Shown here: positions 46,019 through 60,112 of the stretch, piece by piece
Layout: every line of letters starts with the position of its first letter
Numbering within the stretch: position 1 is the stretch's first letter
NCBI GenBank assembly: GCA_963733035.1
Contig: CAVTBU010000010.1
Location: 1 to 64,000 of the forward strand
DNA from: Pirellulales bacterium
GTDB taxonomy: Bacteria > Planctomycetota > Planctomycetia > Pirellulales > PALSA-1355
Direction: 5' to 3'
DNA: 64,000 nt
Program-made: the position numbers and the translations under genes
Notes under the pieces: model-generated
Seen by the model: the letters and a program-made list of their open reading frames with translations, nothing else
What the model was told of the DNA's origin: nothing
The model's database searches: none

Positions 46019-46847
46019 ATGCGAGATTTGTCTAGCGCTTGTGGGGAAGTTTTGGCCAGGGTCGGAGTGAATCTGCCGCGCGACGCCGGTTTGCTGCTCG
46101 TGGGACACGGTTCGCGCGAGGCCGCGGGCGTGGAGGAGTTTTTGGCCACGGCGCGACTGGTGGCCGCGGCGGCGGGCGATGTGCCGGCCGAGGCGTGTTT
46201 CCTCGAATTCGCGCGACCGACCATCGCCGAAGGATTCCGGCGTCTGGTCGCGCGCGGCGCAAAGCAAGTCGTCGTCGTGCCCGTGCTGTTGTTTTCCGCG
46301 GGTCACGCCAAGCGAGACATTCCCGAGGCCGCCTGCCGCGTTGCGCGGGAATTTTCGGGCATCGCGGTTTGGCAGGCCCAGCATCTGGGGTGTCAGAGCG
46401 ATCTGGTCGCGCTTTCACAACAACGTTACGAGGAAGCGATCGTCGGCCAGCCGTCGGACTTGACGCCGGCCGACAACTGGCTGGTGCTGGTTGGCCGGGG
46501 CAGTTGGGATGCCGGCGCCACCGCCGAGATGCATGCGTTTGCGGCGCTGCGCAAACGGAGTTTGCGGCGGTCCAGTTGAAGTCGGCTTCGTCGCGATGGC
46601 GGCTCCCAAGTTTACCGACGTGTTGGAATCTGCTGCTGCGTCTGGGGCGCGGCAAGTCGTGGTTCAGCCGCATTTGCTATTTGGAGGTGTCCTGTTGGAT
46701 CGTATTGCCGGCATGGTCGCTGAGTATGCAGCGCGGTTTCCACACGCTCGCTGGATCGTCACCGGTCATTTGGGTCCCGCGCCGTCGGTTGCGCGCGCGA
46801 TCCTGGCTCGTGCGGGTGAGAAGCTATCACCCGTGAATGGCTGTTGA
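46019..46847 (+). CDS. Sirohydrochlorin chelatase (CbiX/SirB family, two domains; frameshift near 46560)
   Basis: LLVGHGSR, CFLEFARP, PVLLFSAGHAKRDIP, VGRGS, then GFVAMAAP, VQPHLLFGG, HLGP. Confidence 0.88.
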
Positions 46848-47124
46848 TCGACCATGGTGACGAAGCTGAAGATGCCGACAGGGGGCGGTAATGGCTTACC
46901 TTGCACGTGGTTTGCGACCGATCAAAAGGGAGAGAGCCATCCACGCGTCCAATCGGGGTGGGGTGCTCTGCCTGTCTCGGCAAAATCCCGTCAAAATCGT
47001 CTTTGCGCGACCCATGTTCGCCGTCGTGTCGTAGGTATGCATTGGTAGCTTAATGGCTTTGCGTGTCGCGGCTTTTGGAGCCGCGCGGCAAGTTGAGCGA
47101 TACCAGCAGGCCGCGCCGCTGATC

Positions 47125-47153
47125 TTGCATTCGGAAGCAGAGGCGTATACGAT
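47125..47153 (+). promoter_or_regulatory. Putative sigma70 promoter for the protease gene
   Basis: TTGCAT-17 bp-TACGAT about 60 nt upstream of ATG 47217. Confidence 0.5.
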
Positions 47154-47216
47154 CTGTTTAAACCTTTTCGTTTGCGGAACTTAGGTCTTCTACGAAACAT
47201 ATTCCGAGAGGTTGTG

Positions 47217-49313
47217 ATGAACCGAGATACCGCCCGAACTTGCCGTTTGCGAAAAACGCAATGGGTCCTAGGTGGAGTGGTTTTGGCGGTGATTTCGGCA
47301 GCCGTCTTGGTTGCCGCCCGGCCTAGCTCGGCGGAACCGACCGGACCGGTCGGGACGGATAAGCACATCACGCGGGCGATCACGATTCTGATGAACCGCG
47401 AGCACCTCACGCGGCATCCGCTGGACAACGAAATCAGCGAGCGCTGGCTGAACAACTACCTGAAGATGCTCGACCCGCGAAAGGTGTTCTTCACGCAAGC
47501 AGACGTTGACGGCTGGAACGCCTATCGCGACCAGTTGGACGACATGGCCCTGCGAGGCGACACGTCGTTCGCGTATCGGGTATTCAATCAGTTCCTCGAC
47601 CGCATCGACGAGCGGGCGAAGCTGGTGCAGGATTTGGTTCGCCAGCCGCAAGACTTCACGATCGATGAAGTTATGGAAACCGATGCCGACACGATCGGCT
47701 ATGCGAAGAACGATGCGGAAATGCGCGACCGCTGGCGCAAGCGCGTGAAGTATGAATTGCTCGACCTGGAAGTCGACAAGGACCTGACGGGCAAAGAGGC
47801 CGCAGACAAAATTGCCAAGCGCTATGAGCATTTGGCCAAGCGGATGCGGAAGACAGACAACGACGAACTGCTGGAAATGTATCTGACGGCTCTGACCACC
47901 GGCTACGATCCGCACACGACCTACATGTCGGCCAGCTCCTTGGAGAATTTCGAAATCCAAATGCGACTGAACCTGGAAGGAATCGGCGCGGCCCTCGAAG
48001 CACCCGAGGGTGAGACCGTGGTGAAGAAGATTATTCCGGGTGGCGCCGCCGCGAAGGACGGCCGGCTGAAGATCGACGATCGTATCGTCGGCGTCGGCCA
48101 GGACGAAGATGGCCCGATCGTCAACGTGAGCGATATGAAGCTCAATGATGTCGTGCAGCTCATCCGCGGTCACCAGGGAACCACGGTCCGGCTGCAGGTG
48201 ATTCCCAAGGATCAAAAAGATCCCAAGATCTACAATATCGTCAGGCAAAAGATCGAGCTCACCGACCAGGAGGCCCGTAGCGACATCCTGGAAGCGGGCA
48301 CGAAGCCGAACGGCATGCCTTACAAGATCGGCGTGATTAATCTGCCCAGCTTTTACATGGACATGAGCGGCGCCCGGAGTGGTCGCGACGACTACAAGAG
48401 CACGACCCGCGACGTGGCGAAGCTGCTGGAAAAATTCAAGGCCGAGCACGTCGACGCCGTGGTGATCGATTTGCGGTGGAACGGCGGCGGCTCGCTGACC
48501 GAGTCGATCAACCTGACCGGTCTGTTCATCGATACCGGTCCGGTCGTGCAGGTCAAGGACTTCGACGGCCAAAAGACCCAATACGACGACACCGAGCGAG
48601 GTGTCGCCTGGGACGGGCCGCTGGTGGTGCTGACGAGCAAGTTTAGCGCAAGCGCCAGCGAGATCTTCGCCGGAGCCATTCAGGACTACAAGCGAGGGCT
48701 GATCGTGGGAGACGAGGCCACGCACGGTAAAGGCACCGTGCAGAGCCTGCTCGATCTGAGCCAGCGGTTGTATCGGGGCATCAGCAACGCTCCGCCGCTC
48801 GGCGCGCTCAAGATCACCATGCAGCAGTTCTATCGTCCGGACGGCGACAGCACCCAGAATCGTGGCGTGCTGGCCGACATCGTGCTCCCCTCGATTACGA
48901 GCCAGTTGGATGTGGGCGAGGCGAGCCTGGACTACGCGATGAAGTTCGACCGCGTCGATCCGGCCCAACACGCCCACTACAGCATGGTCGACGCTCCGCT
49001 GCTGCAGGAACTGCGCAAGCGGTCGGCCGAGCGAACGGGCGAGTCGAAGGACTTTCAGAAGGTGGTCCGCGATATCGATCGCTTCAATAAGCAGAAGGAA
49101 CGCAAAGCCATCTCGCTCAATCGCGAAAAGTTCATCGCCGACAAGGGAGAACTTTCGGCCGAGAAGCAGGAGGAAAAAACATTGGAAGAGCTGAACGATC
49201 CGAATCAACCGGTCGTGAAGCGCGACTACTACTTCGACGAAGTCCTGGACATCACGACCGACTACGCGAAGATGCTCAGCGGCGGCCCCCAGGCCGCGGC
49301 GGTTAAGCGGTAG
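47217..49313 (+). CDS. prc: Carboxy-terminal processing (tail-specific) protease, S41 family
   Basis: YDPHTTYMS, PDZ EGIGAAL, DLRWNGGGSL, SASASEIFAGAIQDY, GKGTVQ, STQNRGV. Confidence 0.92.
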   Translation: MNRDTARTCRLRKTQWVLGGVVLAVISAAVLVAARPSSAEPTGPVGTDKHITRAITILMNREHLTRHPLDNEISERWLNNYLKMLDPRKVFFTQADVDGWNAYRDQLDDMALRGDTSFAYRVFNQFLDRIDERAKLVQDLVRQPQDFTIDEVMETDADTIGYAKNDAEMRDRWRKRVKYELLDLEVDKDLTGKEAADKIAKRYEHLAKRMRKTDNDELLEMYLTALTTGYDPHTTYMSASSLENFEIQMRLNLEGIGAALEAPEGETVVKKIIPGGAAAKDGRLKIDDRIVGVGQDEDGPIVNVSDMKLNDVVQLIRGHQGTTVRLQVIPKDQKDPKIYNIVRQKIELTDQEARSDILEAGTKPNGMPYKIGVINLPSFYMDMSGARSGRDDYKSTTRDVAKLLEKFKAEHVDAVVIDLRWNGGGSLTESINLTGLFIDTGPVVQVKDFDGQKTQYDDTERGVAWDGPLVVLTSKFSASASEIFAGAIQDYKRGLIVGDEATHGKGTVQSLLDLSQRLYRGISNAPPLGALKITMQQFYRPDGDSTQNRGVLADIVLPSITSQLDVGEASLDYAMKFDRVDPAQHAHYSMVDAPLLQELRKRSAERTGESKDFQKVVRDIDRFNKQKERKAISLNREKFIADKGELSAEKQEEKTLEELNDPNQPVVKRDYYFDEVLDITTDYAKMLSGGPQAAAVKR

Positions 49314-49330
49314 TTGGCGGAAACACTGAG

Positions 49331-49364
49331 AAAGCCCAGGGAACGCATTCCCTGGGCTTTTTTT
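49331..49364 (+). terminator. Rho-independent terminator (probably bidirectional)
   Basis: AAAGCCCAGGGAA-CGCA-TTCCCTGGGCTTTTTTT between convergent genes. Confidence 0.9.
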
Positions 49365-49372
49365 GTGCGCGA

Positions 49373-50176
49373 CTAGGAAAGCGGCAACCGCAGCCCGTCA
49401 TAGGCCAGCTCCATGCCCTCGGGCAGGGCCTGGTTCGTGGCTTCGTGCTCGAGGTCGTGCGACATGTGCGTGAAGAAGGTCCGCTTCGGCGCGAGCTCTT
49501 GCGCGGCCTGCACCGCCTCGTCCAGGCTGAAATGCGTCGGATGCGGAGTCCGCCGCAGCGCATCGACAATCAAGACGTCGAGACCCTCGAGCAGCGCCTT
49601 GCTTTCGGGGGGAATGCGATTGGTGTCTGTGCAATAGGCGATGTTGCCGAAGCGGAATCCTAATACGCGAAATTTTCCGTGTTCCAGCCGTAGCGGAATG
49701 ATTTGCATTCCCAGTAGTTCGAACGGCTCGGTGCCGATGCGGTGGAACTCAATTTGCGGCACGCCGCCGGCGTAGTTCTTGGCTTCGTGCAAAAACGCAT
49801 AGTCGAACGACTTGCGAATCCGCGCTTCGACCTGCTCCTCGCAAAACACGGGCATCGCGTGCCCCAGGTAATAGGGGAACAACCGCAGGTCGTCGAGGCC
49901 GAAGACGTGGTCGGCATGGTCGTGCGTATAGAGGGTGGAGTGCACCACGCCGATGCCCTCGCGCAACAGCTGGGTTCGCAAGTCGGGCGTGGTGTCGACC
50001 AGCAGCGTGCCGCCGGGCAGACCGAGTGCCAGCGAGCAGCGCAGCCGCTTGTTCTTCGGATTGGCACTGGTGCAAATCGCACAGCCGCAGCCGACCACTG
50101 GCACGCCGACGCTAGTGCCGGTTCCGAGCATGATGAGCTGGCCGTGGATGTCGGCGGTGACGAGTTGTTTTGGCAA
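49373..50176 (-). CDS. MBL-fold metallo-hydrolase (PhnP-like)
   Basis: LGTGTSVGVPVVGCGCAIC, THDHADHVFGLDDLR, AYCTD, THMSH, LAYDGL. Confidence 0.9.
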   Translation of the reverse strand: MPKQLVTADIHGQLIMLGTGTSVGVPVVGCGCAICTSANPKNKRLRCSLALGLPGGTLLVDTTPDLRTQLLREGIGVVHSTLYTHDHADHVFGLDDLRLFPYYLGHAMPVFCEEQVEARIRKSFDYAFLHEAKNYAGGVPQIEFHRIGTEPFELLGMQIIPLRLEHGKFRVLGFRFGNIAYCTDTNRIPPESKALLEGLDVLIVDALRRTPHPTHFSLDEAVQAAQELAPKRTFFTHMSHDLEHEATNQALPEGMELAYDGLRLPLS

Positions 50177-50301
50177 GGGAGTTTCCAGTGCAGGGGCGCC
50201 GAGTCGGTTGCCTGGAGCGTCGGCGGCGTGAGATTGCGAAAAGTCTTGCAGGTATCCAGGTTACGCCGCATGCGCGTCACTTTGTGCGCGAACAACCGTT
50301 A

Positions 50302-50330
50302 TTGACCCTTCGTAAAAATCGTTATAAATT
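50302..50330 (+). promoter_or_regulatory. Putative sigma70 promoter for secA
   Basis: TTGACC-17 bp-TAAATT in an AT-rich patch upstream of secA. Confidence 0.45.
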
Positions 50331-50456
50331 AAGGCACTTGCGACTCTTACGCCTCTTTAACCTGCGCTCGCGAGTGGCACCCCGGAGGGGGCGCCGCGAC
50401 ACCGCTTGAGCGCCGCTTTTTCAGGGGTTCACTAGGAACTTTTTGTCGGGCCTGAC

Positions 50457-54141
<3,685 letters not shown>

Positions 54142-54209
54142 GGAAAAGGGGCCGCGACGCCTGGCGTTGCCAAGGGCACGAGTTTTTCGTTGGGAAAGGA
54201 GTCCCCGCG

Positions 54210-55523
54210 ATGCCGTATCTGCTCAATGTCGTCTACCTGCTGATGCTCATTGTCGCCGCTCCGTGGCTGGCGTGGCAGGCCGCTCGCACGGGAAAGTATC
54301 GCGAGGGCTGGGGCCAAAAGCTGCTGGGGCGGGTGGCCACGCGCAAGTCGGATGCGCGCTGCGTTTGGGTGCACGCGGTGAGCCTGGGCGAAGTGAGCCT
54401 GATTGGCTCGCTCGTCGCCGAACTCAAACGCCGTCATCCCGATTGGGAAGTCGTGATTTCGACGACCACGCTCACCGGTCATGCGTTGGCCAAGACGCGC
54501 TACGCCGAACACACGGTGTTCTACTGCCCCATGGACTTTACCTGGGCCGTGAGAAACGCGATGCGTCGCATCCGGCCGGATCTGCTGCTGCTGGCCGAAT
54601 TGGAACTCTGGCCGAACCTGATTGCCGCGGCTCGGCGGCAGGGAGCCAAGGTCGCCGTGGTGAACGGGCGACTCAGCGAGCGGAGCTTTCGCGGCTATCG
54701 GCGGCTGGGTCGCGTCGTTCGTGGTTTACTGGGACGAATCGATTTGCTGGCCGCGCAGAACGAACAATATGCCGAGCGGTTTCGCAAACTCGGCGCCCGG
54801 GCCGATCGCGTAGTCGTGACCGGGTCGCTGAAATTCGACGGGGCGCAGACCGACCGTGCCAATCCGGCCACGACGCGGCTGCGAGCGCTGGCGGGCTTTG
54901 CCGATAGCGACGTCGTGTTTCTGGCCGGCAGCACGCAGGAGCCCGAGGAACGGTTGGCGATCGAGGCCTATAAAGAGCTGTCGCCACTCTATCCGCGGTT
55001 GCGGTTGGTGTTGGTGCCGCGGCATCCCGAGCGGTTTTTGGAAGTTGCGCGGCTGCTGTCGACGAGCGGGCTGATTTGGGAGAAGCGGAGCCAATGGAAT
55101 GAGCGGGGGGGCAACGCCCAGGTACGAGTGCTGCTGGTCGATCAAGTGGGCGAACTGGCGGCCTGGTGGGGCACGGCGGCGATTGGCTACGTCGGCGGCA
55201 GCATGGGCGAGCGGCAGGGGCAAAACATGATCGAGCCGGCCGCCTACGGCTGCGCGGTTTCGTTCGGTCCCAAGACGCGCAACTTTCGCGACGTGGTGTC
55301 GGCGCTGCTGGCTGAAAGCGCGGCGGTCGTTGTCCATGACGGCGCCGAGCTGACGGAGTTCGTCCGGCGCTGCCTGGCCGACGAGAAGTTCGCCGGGGAG
55401 CTGGGCCGACGAGCGGCCGCGGTGGTGGCATCTCAATTGGGAGCGACGGGGCGGACCGTGGATCTAATCGACACACTGCTGAGCGAGAGTGGGTTGTCGC
55501 TCGAAGGGCGGTGCGCGGCGTAG
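54210..55523 (+). CDS. waaA: 3-deoxy-D-manno-octulosonic acid (Kdo) transferase
   Basis: WVHAVSLGE, ELELWPN, GSLKFD, LVPRHPERF, GGS..GQNMIEPA; AAGGAG RBS. Confidence 0.93.
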   Translation: MPYLLNVVYLLMLIVAAPWLAWQAARTGKYREGWGQKLLGRVATRKSDARCVWVHAVSLGEVSLIGSLVAELKRRHPDWEVVISTTTLTGHALAKTRYAEHTVFYCPMDFTWAVRNAMRRIRPDLLLLAELELWPNLIAAARRQGAKVAVVNGRLSERSFRGYRRLGRVVRGLLGRIDLLAAQNEQYAERFRKLGARADRVVVTGSLKFDGAQTDRANPATTRLRALAGFADSDVVFLAGSTQEPEERLAIEAYKELSPLYPRLRLVLVPRHPERFLEVARLLSTSGLIWEKRSQWNERGGNAQVRVLLVDQVGELAAWWGTAAIGYVGGSMGERQGQNMIEPAAYGCAVSFGPKTRNFRDVVSALLAESAAVVVHDGAELTEFVRRCLADEKFAGELGRRAAAVVASQLGATGRTVDLIDTLLSESGLSLEGRCAA

Positions 55524-55738
55524 TTGCTTTTCAATTGTGCAATGTGCTGACGCCGTAGAATTGCACGCACCATCCGCAAAAATGGGTAGTGGTTCACTTG
55601 AAATCCCCGCACTGAGATGCGGCGGGCAAGGAGTTGTTCAGGCCGCAATCCTGGCGGCATTCTCGTCGGCGTCCGGTTGTTGCGGGCGGTCGCGTGTCGT
55701 GTCGAAGTCGTACCGAGCCGCCGCGCGAATGTCAGACT

Positions 55739-56431
55739 TCACATATGCGTCCGCCGATAGCGTCCGACAAATCCAACAACGGCCACGGCAGCCAGAACGA
55801 AAGCGCTCGGTTCGGGGATCGGGGTCAGTGAAACTTGCATGAGATTGCCGACGTACGATTGTCCGTCGAAATCATCAACGTAGAGGGTGATCTCCCCTCC
55901 GGTCGCTACCCGCGTACCTAGGTCGAACTCTCGGACCTGGAATTGTCCCTGTGCACCTGGCCCATCACTGCCGGTAGCGATGAGTGTGCCGCCGCTGGAA
56001 TAGAAATAGGATTGGAGCTGCCCGCTGGAGAACCCGAATCGGCCTCCGTAAAAGTCGAAGCCGGTATTGACCATCGTTTGGACCTCCACTTTGTAGGGCA
56101 GGTCAGGGACAAGCGAGCCAACCGTCAGTGCGAACTCTGGCGAATTCTCATAGATGTGCCGTGAGGTCAACGCCGTGACCCCTGTGCCGCCATAATCGGG
56201 AGATACGCCAAACTTGTTGTCCGATTGAACGTCGGAGTTGGGCTGCTGGAATCCAATCTGGGGGACTGTCAGATTGATCGCGTCGGCGGGTGAGTAAGAA
56301 ACGGTCGAGCCGGGCGTTACTGCAAATGGAGGGTCGGAAAACGGCGGCTGAATGGTGACGATCACTTCTGCCGATGCCGTGGCGCACAGGCAGATAGCCG
56401 CCAGCGACGCCAGAATGGTTGTCGGTCTCAT
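55739..56431 (-). CDS. PEP-CTERM sorting domain protein
   Basis: Signal peptide; C-terminal IPEPSAFVLAAVAVVGFVGRYRR. Confidence 0.82.
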   Translation of the reverse strand: MRPTTILASLAAICLCATASAEVIVTIQPPFSDPPFAVTPGSTVSYSPADAINLTVPQIGFQQPNSDVQSDNKFGVSPDYGGTGVTALTSRHIYENSPEFALTVGSLVPDLPYKVEVQTMVNTGFDFYGGRFGFSSGQLQSYFYSSGGTLIATGSDGPGAQGQFQVREFDLGTRVATGGEITLYVDDFDGQSYVGNLMQVSLTPIPEPSAFVLAAVAVVGFVGRYRRTHM

Positions 56432-56549
56432 TAGACTTTTCTCTTTCGGCGGGGGTGCGTTGGACTCATGCGGACTACCCCGCCATGATAGTCCAGGGCC
56501 GGGCTGGTTTGGTCTCTCTGAAGTGAACCACTACCCAAAAATGCTATGG

Positions 56550-56579
56550 TTGCGAGGCCGGCTTGCCAGGGCCTATAAT
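56550..56579 (+). promoter_or_regulatory. Putative sigma70 promoter for metK
   Basis: TTGCGA-18 bp-TATAAT. Confidence 0.55.
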
Positions 56580-56653
56580 GCGAAATCACCTTCTGGGACC
56601 GAGCTGGATTGTAATGCAGGCCGGTCCGTTGTCTTGCGAAAGGAGATTGCCAC

Positions 56654-57841
56654 GTGGCCTCGGGAAAATACCTCTTTACCAGCGAATCTGTCAGCATGGG
56701 CCATCCAGATAAGTTGGCCGATCAAATCTCCGACGGCGTGCTCGACGCACTGCTGGCGCAAGACCCGTATAGCCGCGTGGCCTGCGAGACGATGGTGACT
56801 ACCGGCGTGGCGATCGTGGCCGGCGAAATTACCACCAAGGCGGTCGTTGACTATTCCAGCGTTATTCGCCAGGTGATTCGCGACGTGGGCTACACCGACG
56901 ACGAGGCCGGCATCAATGCCGACACCTGCGCGGTCATGGTGAGCATCGACAAGCAGAGCGCCGATATTGCCCAAGGCGTCGACGAAAACGCCGGCAGCGG
57001 CAAGGAGATTGGGGCTGGTGACCAGGGCCTGATGTTCGGCTATGCGTGCAACGACACACCGGAATTGATGCCGCTGCCGATCGCCCTGTCGCATCGCATT
57101 CTCAACCGCCTGACCGAGGCCCGGCAGCAGGGCGAAGTCAAGTGGCTGCGGCCCGACAGCAAAAGCCAGGTGACGGTGGAATACGACGGCGCTCGGCCGG
57201 TGCGTATCGATACGGTGGTCGTTTCGACGCAGCACACGCCGGAGGTTTCGAACGAGGAAATCCGCAAGTTCGTCATCGAGAAGATCGTCAAGCCGTCGCT
57301 GCCGGCCGACCTCGTTACCGGCGAAATCAAGTATCACATCAACCCCACCGGCCGCTTCGTGGTTGGCGGCCCGCATGGCGATTGCGGTTTGACGGGCCGC
57401 AAGATCATCGTCGACACCTATGGCGGCTGGGGCCGTCATGGCGGCGGCGCCTTCAGCGGCAAGGATTCGACAAAGGTCGATCGCAGCGCGGCCTACATGG
57501 CGCGGCACGTGGCCAAGAACATCGTGGCGGCCAAGCTGGCGGAACGGTGCGAAGTACAGTTGGCCTATGCGATCGGCGTGACCGAGCCGGTGAGCGTGCA
57601 CGTCGACACGTTTGGCACCGGCACGGTCGACGATGAGCGAATTTGCGAAGTCGTCTGCGAGATGTTCCCGCTCTCGCCCGGAGGAATTATCAAGTATCTC
57701 GATCTGCGGCGACCGATCTTCCGTAAGACGGCTGCCGGCGGACACTTTGGTCGCGAGGATGCCGACTTTACCTGGGAAAGCACCCACCGCGCCAAGGAAC
57801 TGGCCCAGGCCGTAGGCGAGACCGCGGCGGCCCGCGCCTGA
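56654..57841 (+). CDS. metK: S-adenosylmethionine synthetase
   Basis: [48 protein letters not shown]. Confidence 0.97.
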   Translation: MASGKYLFTSESVSMGHPDKLADQISDGVLDALLAQDPYSRVACETMVTTGVAIVAGEITTKAVVDYSSVIRQVIRDVGYTDDEAGINADTCAVMVSIDKQSADIAQGVDENAGSGKEIGAGDQGLMFGYACNDTPELMPLPIALSHRILNRLTEARQQGEVKWLRPDSKSQVTVEYDGARPVRIDTVVVSTQHTPEVSNEEIRKFVIEKIVKPSLPADLVTGEIKYHINPTGRFVVGGPHGDCGLTGRKIIVDTYGGWGRHGGGAFSGKDSTKVDRSAAYMARHVAKNIVAAKLAERCEVQLAYAIGVTEPVSVHVDTFGTGTVDDERICEVVCEMFPLSPGGIIKYLDLRRPIFRKTAAGGHFGREDADFTWESTHRAKELAQAVGETAAARA

Positions 57842-57908
57842 GCGGCCGGCCACGGTAGTGTGCTAAGCGATTGAACGGTTACCGATTCCCTTTATCCGAT
57901 GGAGTCGC

Positions 57909-58778
57909 GTGCGCATGGAGGCGGTCGGTCTCTTAGCGAGTGGTCAGGCGGCCGCATTTCGGCCCACGGCGCCCGTTGTGCGGCTCGGGCGTGCGATTGT
58001 CGCGTCGGGTCTCGCTCTCCTCGCGCTGGCCGGCCTTGTGCTATGCGCTCGCCGGCTGCAAGGTGCGCTCGTTGAGCCACTCGGTCCGGCGACGCTGGTC
58101 GCGGTGGCGATTTGCCTGGCCGTCGCGGCGCTTGTTTTTCGCCGAGTCTGCACGACCCGGGCGGCTGCCGGCCCGACACACTACGCCATCTGGGTCGCGC
58201 CATCGCTCGTGCTCGTGCTTTGGATATCGGCACTTGCCCTGCCGGAAACGGGGAGTTTCAGCCTGGCGCTGTTTTCGGGCATTGTGCTTCTCGAGGAAGG
58301 GTGGAGTTGGGGACGCTTGCGACTGCCAGGGTTGGTGTCGATCGCCACGAATGCAGTCGAGTCAGTGGTCGATGCCGAGCCTGCAGCCTTGGGGAGCTTG
58401 TCGCTCGTGCATGGCGATGACCAATTGCTCGAACCTGATGAAGAGTTGGGGGGGCAGCACGACGCGTCGACGAGCCAGCAGCTCGTGCGCCGCACCGAGG
58501 AGGGGCGCGAGATGATCGAAGGCTGGACGCGGGTCGACTTTGCCGTCGGCCAGCGGCACGCGGCGGCGCACCTGGCGATTTGTCCGCCGCTTGTCCGCAC
58601 GCCCGTTTGCTATGCCGAGCAAGCCGACGGACCATCTGCCCAGGTGAAAGTCACGCAAGCGATGACCTACGGCGTGCGCTGCGAAGTGAAGCTTGACGAA
58701 CCGGCGCGGGAACCGACCAGCGTGATCGTCGAGTTTTCGATCCAGGAGCCCGCATCCGCCGCGCGGTCGGGAGCCTGA
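57909..58778 (+). CDS. Hypothetical membrane protein
   Basis: Four hydrophobic segments plus a C-terminal beta-rich domain (HLAICPPLVRTP). Start uncertain. Confidence 0.65.
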   Translation: MRMEAVGLLASGQAAAFRPTAPVVRLGRAIVASGLALLALAGLVLCARRLQGALVEPLGPATLVAVAICLAVAALVFRRVCTTRAAAGPTHYAIWVAPSLVLVLWISALALPETGSFSLALFSGIVLLEEGWSWGRLRLPGLVSIATNAVESVVDAEPAALGSLSLVHGDDQLLEPDEELGGQHDASTSQQLVRRTEEGREMIEGWTRVDFAVGQRHAAAHLAICPPLVRTPVCYAEQADGPSAQVKVTQAMTYGVRCEVKLDEPAREPTSVIVEFSIQEPASAARSGA

Positions 58779-58789
58779 CCGCTAGGAGT

Positions 58790-59830
58790 CTAGCGATTCG
58801 GCACTTCGCGATCGAGTTGCCGCTGGCTCGCGGAGCGAAAGACCTCGCCCATCCGCTTGACGACTTGCGGTGAGGGGAGATCCTGGCGGCCGTCGATGAG
58901 AAACACGAAGTTATCGGCCAGCACTTCCTCGGGATGGATGATGTACTTGGTGTTGCGGCCGATCTGCTCGTGGTAGCCAGGAACCGCTTGCGGATCGAGC
59001 AGCACGGGCTGACCGCCAGCCAGCACGGGCCGGCGATTGCCGTCGACATCTTCGACCTGCATCAGGCGGAACGTCAGATACGAGAATAGACTGCCGCCGC
59101 GCGCCGCGTCGTAGCGCGGAGCATTGGCATAGAGCACGGGCATCAATTCGATCGTCCGCCCGTCTTGGGTCACAGTGATATAGTTGTTGTTGAGCGGGGC
59201 GTCGGGATTCGTGATCTTGCGCGGGGCGATTGAATCGGGCAGCGGCACTTCGTTGCAGGGATGGAAGCCGATCGTGGCATAGAGGGCCTTGCGAAGCTGG
59301 GGATTCTGATTGCTGATCACGTGGAATAGTTCGTGCGGCAGCACGCGGCTGAGTGTTACGGCTGGACCGTCGATCATGTTCTTGGGCAGTACGATCACGG
59401 GTCCGCGGCAGTACGCGGCGGCGCCTTCCTCGCGTCCGTTCGTTTTTACCAGCAGCACCACCGGTGGCAACGGCAGCTTCCACGGCGCGATTTTGCGGGC
59501 CACGTCGGTCCACAGCGGCGTCAGTTTTTGGATGTCGGCTTGCGTCCAAGGGAGCACATGTTTGCCGAGGAACTCCAAAAACTCCGCTTCGCTCACGTCG
59601 GCGTCGGTTCGCGGACGGACCTGCCGGTCGAACGGGCTCAACTGCCGGATGTAGTCGTCGCGAGCCGTGATGGCGGCAACGCCCTGCGGCACGTCGGCAA
59701 AGCGAAGCACGCTGCCGGGCCCCAATGGAATGTCGGTGGCGGCCCAGGCCGGCGAGCTTGCGGTGAAGACCATTAGGACGACGAGCATCGAGGTATGCAG
59801 TTGATTCGCGCTGCGAACAGAGGCAGACAT
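58790..59830 (-). CDS. Exported putative zinc metalloprotease (HExxH)
   Basis: Signal peptide; LPHELFHV, ITNPDAP, IIHPEEVLADNF. Confidence 0.7.
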   Translation of the reverse strand: MSASVRSANQLHTSMLVVLMVFTASSPAWAATDIPLGPGSVLRFADVPQGVAAITARDDYIRQLSPFDRQVRPRTDADVSEAEFLEFLGKHVLPWTQADIQKLTPLWTDVARKIAPWKLPLPPVVLLVKTNGREEGAAAYCRGPVIVLPKNMIDGPAVTLSRVLPHELFHVISNQNPQLRKALYATIGFHPCNEVPLPDSIAPRKITNPDAPLNNNYITVTQDGRTIELMPVLYANAPRYDAARGGSLFSYLTFRLMQVEDVDGNRRPVLAGGQPVLLDPQAVPGYHEQIGRNTKYIIHPEEVLADNFVFLIDGRQDLPSPQVVKRMGEVFRSASQRQLDREVPNR

Positions 59831-59928
59831 GGGAGTTCTTCTCGGCAAGTGACGGTTTCAATTCGTGGTCGACAACCCAATCGTACGCCGTGCCGGATAA
59901 GTTTGCTTTGGATCGCCCGAGAGCGGAT

Positions 59929-59943
59929 TGGCACGGTCTCAGC
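59929..59943 (+). promoter_or_regulatory. Candidate sigma-54 (-24/-12) promoter
   Basis: TGGCACG-GTCT-CAGC with correct GG-N10-GC spacing; the -12 element is imperfect. Confidence 0.35.
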
Positions 59944-60112
59944 TTAACATTCCCAGCCCGCGAATGGTGAGCTAGGTGGGGGGCCTGCTCAGAGAATCGC
60001 GCCGGCCCGTTAGGCCTTTGCCTGGGGCCGGTGTAAGCAATAATAGAGTGCAGCGCGGCGATGACCGCGCCGCTGCCGCAATCGGTTCTCGAACCCTCAT
60101 TGGGACGCTCAC

